IMG/VR virus record: IMGVR_UViG_3300032329_000082
Coordinates: 1 to 29,600 of that record
Length of the DNA: 29,600 nt
Reading direction: 5' to 3' (one strand)
DNA from: a virus
Taxonomy: Duplodnaviria > Caudoviricetes
Both the position numbers and the translations under genes were made by a program. Below are positions 24,633 through 29,600 of the stretch, one piece after another (positions within the stretch are counted from its first letter, which is position 1; each line of letters opens with the position of its first letter). The notes under the pieces were generated by a model that made no database searches, was not told the origin of the DNA, and saw only the letters and a list, made by a program, of their open reading frames with translations.

Positions 24633-25409
24633 ATGGAAAAAGAATCATTTTATTTCCCACATTTCTGCAATGCCAGGCACGATCGAAAGATTCGCAGAAT
24701 GAGAAAAGAATTAGGTACGGAAGGTTACGGAATTTATTTTATGTTACTGGAAACATTAAGAGAGCAACACGATCTAATGTATCCGATGGAAGACATTGAT
24801 TTATTAGCCGAGGAGTTTGATGTATCAGAAGCAAAGGTCAGAGTAATTATTTGTAATTATGGACTTTTTGCAATTGATGAGGATGAAAAGTTTTTCAGTC
24901 CTAAAATGTTACTTTACTTGGAACCTTATTTTAAAATGAAGGAACAAAGGAAGTTAGCCGGACAAAAGAGTGCTGCTAAACGAATGTTAAACGAAAGTTC
25001 AACGGATGTTCAACGACCGTTCAACGACCGTTCAACAAAGGAAAGTAAAGTAAAAGAAAGTAAAGTAAATGAAATTAAAGAAAAAGAAAGTAAAGTATCT
25101 TTTAGCGAAATGATTTTGCCATACATTCAAGAATTAAATTCTGAATATGATAATTTCTTTTCTTACTGGACTGAGAAAAATTCAGTTGGCAAAGAACGAT
25201 GGCAATCGGAAAAGTTTTTTGATATTAGTAGAAGAATTAAAACTTGGATGCAAAATCAAAATAAATTTGGAAACAAAAAACCTTTAATCAATTCAGAGCC
25301 AGCACCTGGTAAGATGACTAAGAATCTTAATCAGATGCAAGAAATACATAACGAATTTATAGAACAAATGAAAAATGGAACTTATACAAATCCCTTCATC
25401 CGGAAGTAA
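24633..25409 (+). CDS. Replication initiator (DUF4373/Lin1244-like N-terminus)
   Basis: YFPHFCNARHDRKI...GYGIYFMLLE N-domain, central iteron array and C-terminal FFSYW...RIKTW. Confidence 0.8.
   Translation: MEKESFYFPHFCNARHDRKIRRMRKELGTEGYGIYFMLLETLREQHDLMYPMEDIDLLAEEFDVSEAKVRVIICNYGLFAIDEDEKFFSPKMLLYLEPYFKMKEQRKLAGQKSAAKRMLNESSTDVQRPFNDRSTKESKVKESKVNEIKEKESKVSFSEMILPYIQELNSEYDNFFSYWTEKNSVGKERWQSEKFFDISRRIKTWMQNQNKFGNKKPLINSEPAPGKMTKNLNQMQEIHNEFIEQMKNGTYTNPFIRK
24975..25100 (+). repeat. Putative origin: six 11-bp iterons plus four 15-bp purine-rich repeats
   Basis: GCTAAACGAAT, GTTAAACGAAA, GTTCAACGGAT, GTTCAACGACC x2, GTTCAACAAAG; then four GAAAGTAAAGTAAAA-like units. Confidence 0.8.
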
Positions 25410-26190
25410 TTTAGACAAATACTCCCAGCCAATTCTTGCAGATAGCAAGATGACTAAAAGCGAAATCATCATTTACGATGCAAGTACAAAACAAAAGATT
25501 ATGTACTTGTCAGATGAGGAAAAAATGAGGATATCAAATACCATCATTACGATGGTAAAAGTTCGGTTAAGCCTAAAGGATAGAGCCAAGCACGAAGATG
25601 CGGTCGAAAGTCAAATGATTTTTAGCGATCTAAATAAGTTTGATCATTTAACCGAAGCCGAAGTATTATTGGCCCTTGAAAATGGACTTGATGGAAACTA
25701 TCTTAAAGAACACGAATCGAATGTGTTTTGGAATCCTTCCAATTTTGTTCTTTGGATAAAGCGTTATTTACTTGAAAAGAACGATGTAATGCGTAAGGTA
25801 ACAAATGCCAAGCCAGCAGATCACATTCGGAATACTCCAAAGGATGAAGAAATAAAGCAACAAGGAATTTTATGTGCCAATGATTATGCCGATCTTTATG
25901 CAAGGACCAAAGATGCAGATCGCACATTCAAATATCCAGCCGGTTTAAATTTCCTTTATGACTTAGGAGTTCAATACGGATGGCTTCATTTAGATGAGGA
26001 AGTGATACATCAAATCAAAATGTCCGTTGCACCAAAGTTTTTACATTTGGTTAAAAATCCGGAAGATGTTTTTGAGAATACGGAATTTATTTGGGCCTAT
26101 AAAGCCGAATGTTACAAAAGGTTTATTAAAGACCTGGTAACGTTTGAAGTTAGAATTGATCAACAAGGAAAAATTAAACCCATAGAATAA
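25375..26190 (+). CDS. Hypothetical protein (possible helicase loader by position)
   Basis: 271 aa directly after the initiator; no Walker motif seen. Confidence 0.5.
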   Translation: MELIQIPSSGSNLDKYSQPILADSKMTKSEIIIYDASTKQKIMYLSDEEKMRISNTIITMVKVRLSLKDRAKHEDAVESQMIFSDLNKFDHLTEAEVLLALENGLDGNYLKEHESNVFWNPSNFVLWIKRYLLEKNDVMRKVTNAKPADHIRNTPKDEEIKQQGILCANDYADLYARTKDADRTFKYPAGLNFLYDLGVQYGWLHLDEEVIHQIKMSVAPKFLHLVKNPEDVFENTEFIWAYKAECYKRFIKDLVTFEVRIDQQGKIKPIE

Positions 26191-27254
26191 TGAATGTTTT
26201 AAGTTTATTCGATGGAATGTCTTGTGGACAACAAGCCTTCGAACGTGCAGGAATAAAGGTAGACAATTATTTTGCTTCTGAAATTGATAAATATGCAATT
26301 CAAGTTACAATGGCTAACTATCCAAATACAAAACAATTGGGTTCAGTTGTAAATGTTGATGGCTATTCATTACCTAAGATTGATATTTTAATTGGTGGAT
26401 CACCTTGTCAATCATTTAGCTTTGCAGGTAAACGTAAAGGAATGTATACAAAAAATGAGCAAGATATTTTAACACTTGAACATTATTTACAATTAAAGCA
26501 AGAAGGATTTGAGTTTGAAGGTCAATCATATTTGTTTTGGGAATATATGAGATTACTCAATGAGGTTAAACCAAAATATTTCTTACTTGAAAACGTAATA
26601 ATGGGTGAAAGGTGGGAAAAGGTTTTAAGTAAAGCCATTGGTATAAAGCCAATTATGATTAATTCAGCTTTAATTTCTGCACAAAATCGACAAAGATTGT
26701 ACTGGACTAATATAGGATTAGAGCCACAAGGATTGTTTGGAGATTTGGAATCAATTATTAAACAACCAAAAGACAAAGGAATTTTATTAAAGGATATTTT
26801 ACAAAAAAATGTTTCTGATAAATATTTTATAAGTCAAAAAATGATAACTGTATTTATAAAACATACGGCAAAACACGAAGAAAAAGGAACTGGTTTTGGA
26901 TGGAAACCTACTGAAGGAGATAAAAAAGCAAATTGTTTAAGAGCTAATGCAGCTTTAAATGCTACTGATAATTCAATAATTGTAGGAGATCAAGAAATTC
27001 TTGGTGGAGATTTTAGATATGATGAAGGATATAGATGGAGAGAAGGAGGAAAATCAGGCACCTTATGTACTAATGCAGACAGTTTTGCAAAGATAAATTC
27101 ACAAATCAGAAGACTTACTCCAGTTGAATGTGAAAGATTACAAACAGTTAAAGACAATTACACAGCTCACGTTTCCGATTCACAACGTTACAAAATGCTT
27201 GGAAATGGTTGGACAGTTGATGTAATAGTTCATATTTTAAGTTACATTTATTAA
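26190..27254 (+). CDS. C5 DNA cytosine methyltransferase
   Basis: Motifs LSLFDG, SEID, GGSPCQ, LLENV, QNRQRLYW, RRLTPVECERLQ and LGNGW. Confidence 0.95.
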   Translation: MNVLSLFDGMSCGQQAFERAGIKVDNYFASEIDKYAIQVTMANYPNTKQLGSVVNVDGYSLPKIDILIGGSPCQSFSFAGKRKGMYTKNEQDILTLEHYLQLKQEGFEFEGQSYLFWEYMRLLNEVKPKYFLLENVIMGERWEKVLSKAIGIKPIMINSALISAQNRQRLYWTNIGLEPQGLFGDLESIIKQPKDKGILLKDILQKNVSDKYFISQKMITVFIKHTAKHEEKGTGFGWKPTEGDKKANCLRANAALNATDNSIIVGDQEILGGDFRYDEGYRWREGGKSGTLCTNADSFAKINSQIRRLTPVECERLQTVKDNYTAHVSDSQRYKMLGNGWTVDVIVHILSYIY

Positions 27255-27284
27255 CAACAATTATCATACACTAAAAAATTATAA

Positions 27285-27638
27285 ATGAAAAAAATCATAA
27301 TCATAACGATCTGCTTTGCATTGCTCACGCAGATCACTCACGCATCTGATGTATTCTTTAACATCTCCAGGCACACAACACTCGACTATTTTATTAGTTG
27401 GGTGTTTGCCTTTTCTTTGGAATCATCCATATTGATTTTTACATTGCTTGGGAAACGAAACACGGCTATCTTTTTTGGCCTTATTTCGTGGCTTATAAAT
27501 CTTCTTTATTACTGGGTAGAAATTGGAATGACTCAAAAGTTTGTGGCGATGAATATCATTTCATTAATCATACCGGTAACCATCTTTTTTTATTCGGAAC
27601 TAATTAAAACGGATAAACGTAAAAATTTATTAAAGTGA
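27285..27638 (+). CDS. Multi-pass membrane protein
   Basis: 117 aa with about four hydrophobic segments. Confidence 0.65.
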   Translation: MKKIIIITICFALLTQITHASDVFFNISRHTTLDYFISWVFAFSLESSILIFTLLGKRNTAIFFGLISWLINLLYYWVEIGMTQKFVAMNIISLIIPVTIFFYSELIKTDKRKNLLK

Positions 27639-27982
27639 AACAAGATGAACATCTTCTCCAGGTAGCAATTTGTAAATGGTTGGATTTAACCCAAGACTTT
27701 CCATATTTTGCAATCCCAAACGGTGGACTAAGACATAAGTTAGTTGCCAATAAATTAAAAAGAGAAGGAGCAAAATCAGGAGTTGCAGATATGTTTTGGA
27801 TGGTTTCGAATGATAATTGGAAAGGCTTGTTTGTAGAGGTCAAAATAGACAAAGGTAAACAATCATTAACCCAAAAGGATTTTGAGGCCATAGCGATAAA
27901 GCACGGATACTATTACGCAGTTGTAAGAAGTATTGATGATTGTATTAATTTAATTAACCGGTTCCGAAAAAATGAGATCTAA
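27635..27982 (+). CDS. VRR-NUC domain nuclease
   Basis: EHLLQ, AIPNGG, GVADM, FVEVK and QSLTQ; PD-(D/E)xK type. Confidence 0.88.
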   Translation: MKQDEHLLQVAICKWLDLTQDFPYFAIPNGGLRHKLVANKLKREGAKSGVADMFWMVSNDNWKGLFVEVKIDKGKQSLTQKDFEAIAIKHGYYYAVVRSIDDCINLINRFRKNEI

Positions 27983-28184
27983 TTATCTTGATGCCATCGC
28001 CTGGATTGATCAGCAGTTAACAAAGCCAACAAGACAAATAAAAGTTGGATGCGAAACTATTCTTGATCTGAATTATTCTTTGGCTCTAAATCGAAAACAC
28101 ATTTTAGAAAATTCGGGGCAGTTATCTTATTCAGCATTCGGGAGAACTAAAAAAATAAAAGATTTCTTGAATAATTCAAAATAA
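27972..28184 (+). CDS. Hypothetical protein
   Basis: 70 aa tiled ORF. Confidence 0.5.
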   Translation: MRSNYLDAIAWIDQQLTKPTRQIKVGCETILDLNYSLALNRKHILENSGQLSYSAFGRTKKIKDFLNNSK

Positions 28185-28189
28185 ATTTG
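28182..28189 (+). promoter_or_regulatory. Possible -7 box (TAAATTTG) upstream of sigma gene
   Basis: TAnnTTTG match 40 nt before the GTG start; no clear -33 box. Confidence 0.35.
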
Positions 28190-28229
28190 TAAACTTTGTC
28201 GATGTATTAGTTCTATAAAAAAATGACAA

Positions 28230-28697
28230 GTGGTAAGCATTGACCACCTTATTGATAAGCACAAGCACTGGATAACCGTAGTAAAAAGATTCGGAGAAAA
28301 TACCTACGCCGAGGATATAGTTCAAGAAGCATACATAAAAATCATTCAATCAAACAAAGATGTAAATTTTGCTTATTTCTATTTCACTTTGCGATCATTG
28401 ACAATGAATCTGCATAACAAGAAAGTTATCAAGATAGAAATCACAAAAGACATAGAATATTTATTGACCGATTCCAATGAAGAAGATATAGTTTTAGAAC
28501 TTGCACAACCGTTTATAGACTACATTCAAACCTGGGAAGATTACGAAAGAATGCTTTTTATGGTTTATGTTAACAAAGGAGTTTCAATGCGAAAAATGGC
28601 AAGGGAATCAGGAATAAGTTTTACAAGCATTTATAACACAATAAGAAACTGCAAATTAAAATTAATACAATGGCAAAAAGAAAACCAAAAGGATTAG
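28230..28697 (+). CDS. ECF-type sigma-70 family factor
   Basis: Region 2 AEDIVQEAYIK and region 4 HTH SMRKMARESGISFTSIYNTI. Confidence 0.85.
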   Translation: MVSIDHLIDKHKHWITVVKRFGENTYAEDIVQEAYIKIIQSNKDVNFAYFYFTLRSLTMNLHNKKVIKIEITKDIEYLLTDSNEEDIVLELAQPFIDYIQTWEDYERMLFMVYVNKGVSMRKMARESGISFTSIYNTIRNCKLKLIQWQKENQKD

Positions 28698-29056
28698 GCG
28701 ATACTATCGAACAATTCACGGAGGCTACCGGTATAAAGGCCGGAGTTGAAAAATTAGCGGAAGCAATCGGTTGGGATTGTGGATGCGACAAAAGAAAAGA
28801 AGCATTGAATCAAATGTTTCCATACAAAAAAATTAATTGTTTAAATGAAGAAGATTACGAATACCTTAATTATTGGTTTAGCGTTGATCGCCATCAGGTT
28901 TCAATCTTGGAGCAAACGAAACTCAGTGAAATTTATTACAATGTTTTTGAGGAACGATTAGAGCAAACGAGTTGTGATAGTTGCTGGAGGGATTACATTA
29001 GTCGCATTCGTAAAGTTTACATCGAGTATAAAAATAATCAAGATGCCAGTAATTAA
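28670..29056 (+). CDS. Hypothetical Cys-containing phage protein
   Basis: GLGDTIE...DCGCDKRKEALN and a C-terminal CDSC. Confidence 0.65.
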   Translation: MAKRKPKGLGDTIEQFTEATGIKAGVEKLAEAIGWDCGCDKRKEALNQMFPYKKINCLNEEDYEYLNYWFSVDRHQVSILEQTKLSEIYYNVFEERLEQTSCDSCWRDYISRIRKVYIEYKNNQDASN

Positions 29057-29474
29057 ATGTTCAAACGATAAATGGCGAATCGGAACCGGCGATTGTATTT
29101 ATGAAACGAAAGAAAAAGCAACCGAAGTTTATCAAGCAATTATCGCCAGCGGTAAATATGCAGCGGAAGCTAATAAGGTTTCTTTTGACTTTGATGAAAC
29201 GTTGTCGACCAAGAGAGGGCAAACATTAGCCAAGCGATTAATAACGCAAGGAAAGGATGTTTACATCGTTACACGAAGGCAAGAATCAGCATCGGCTGAA
29301 GTTTACAAAGTGGCGGATGAATTAGGAATTTCAAAATCAAAGGTTTATTTCACAAATGGCAAGATGAAGTGGGAAACAATTAAGAGATTGGGTATTGATA
29401 TTCATTACGATAATAATCAAGATGAGATTGATTTGATTGATAACAATACAGATGCAGTCGGTATAAAGTTTTAA
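29043..29474 (+). CDS. HAD-superfamily phosphatase with short N-terminal module
   Basis: SFDFDETL (DxD), IVTRR, K and HYDNN motifs; ATG at 29043 preferred over the track start. Confidence 0.75.
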   Translation: MPVIKCSNDKWRIGTGDCIYETKEKATEVYQAIIASGKYAAEANKVSFDFDETLSTKRGQTLAKRLITQGKDVYIVTRRQESASAEVYKVADELGISKSKVYFTNGKMKWETIKRLGIDIHYDNNQDEIDLIDNNTDAVGIKF

Positions 29475-29477
29475 ACT

Positions 29478-29600
29478 ATGGAGTTAAAAAAAATTTCAGA
29501 TATTAAACTGAATCCTAATAATCCTCGATTAATTAAGGATGATAAGTTTAAAAAGTTAGTTCAGTCAATTAAGGATTTTCCTGAGATGCTGAATATTAGG
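29478..29600 (+). CDS. ParB/Srx-like protein, N-terminal part (continues at base 1)
   Basis: MELKKISDIKLNPNNPRLIKDDKFKKLVQSIKDFPEMLNIR, open to the window end. Confidence 0.85.
   Translation, partial: MELKKISDIKLNPNNPRLIKDDKFKKLVQSIKDFPEMLNIR

Larger units (their letters stand above)
1..29600 (+). mobile_element. Near-complete tailed dsDNA phage genome (siphovirus-like, probable Bacteroidota host)
   Basis: Terminase, portal, capsid, tail, tape measure, lysis and replication genes are all co-oriented. Both window ends lie in frame in the same ParB-like gene. Confidence 0.93.

Noticed and set aside
24975-25100. Repeats as a CRISPR array
   Set aside because: Units are 11-15 bp, tandem, without spacers, and inside a CDS; no cas genes.
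5600-27607. Nested + strand alternative-frame ORFs (5600..5845, 18807..18992, 27398..27607)
   Set aside because: Fully inside longer genes, with no slippery site or motif support.
1272-27891. Minus-strand ORFs in the track (e.g. 10711..11094, 12975..13256, 16529..16822, 22570..22875)
   Set aside because: All are antisense shadows of well-supported + strand genes and show no recognisable motifs.
29455-29480. Fourth late promoter before ParB-like gene (GTTTT-N5-ATG)
   Set aside because: Both the motif and the spacing deviate, and the upstream ACAAAA is absent at the expected distance.
1-29600. tRNA genes, DGR/retron, introns/inteins, stop-codon recoding
   Set aside because: No cloverleaf in the short intergenic gaps, no reverse transcriptase, core genes have normal length, and ORFs tile densely under the standard code.

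Overview
The window looks like an essentially complete, circularly permuted ~29.6 kb AT-rich tailed phage genome, probably a siphovirus. A Bacteroidota host is inferred from TAnnTTTG promoter boxes and A-rich, SD-less translation starts. All credible genes are on the + strand, and both ends fall in frame inside one ParB/Srx-like gene. The order is: ParB-like, GT-A glycosyltransferase, TerS, TerL; a tail block (frameshifting chaperone, tail-tip genes, tape measure); a head block (XkdF-like protease, scaffold, major capsid, tail tube); a portal/neck/fibre block; lysis genes (holin, M15 endolysin, u-spanin); a metallophosphoesterase; and early/replication genes (ERF, SSB-like, initiator with iterons, C5 methyltransferase, VRR-NUC, sigma factor, HAD). 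I recognised no integrase, repressor, polymerase, helicase, tRNA or CRISPR array. The most interesting unexplained signals are: (1) a kissing-loop two-hairpin RNA/terminator just before the replication initiator; (2) a promoter- and terminator-bounded ~80 nt RNA complementary to translation starts; (3) an 18-aa peptide shared by three unrelated virion proteins; (4) a late promoter motif exactly 6 nt before the ATG of each structural block; (5) genome-wide GGCC enrichment; (6) a TAGT-like glycosyltransferase without a TET enzyme. Product calls come from motif recognition and gene context, not database searches.
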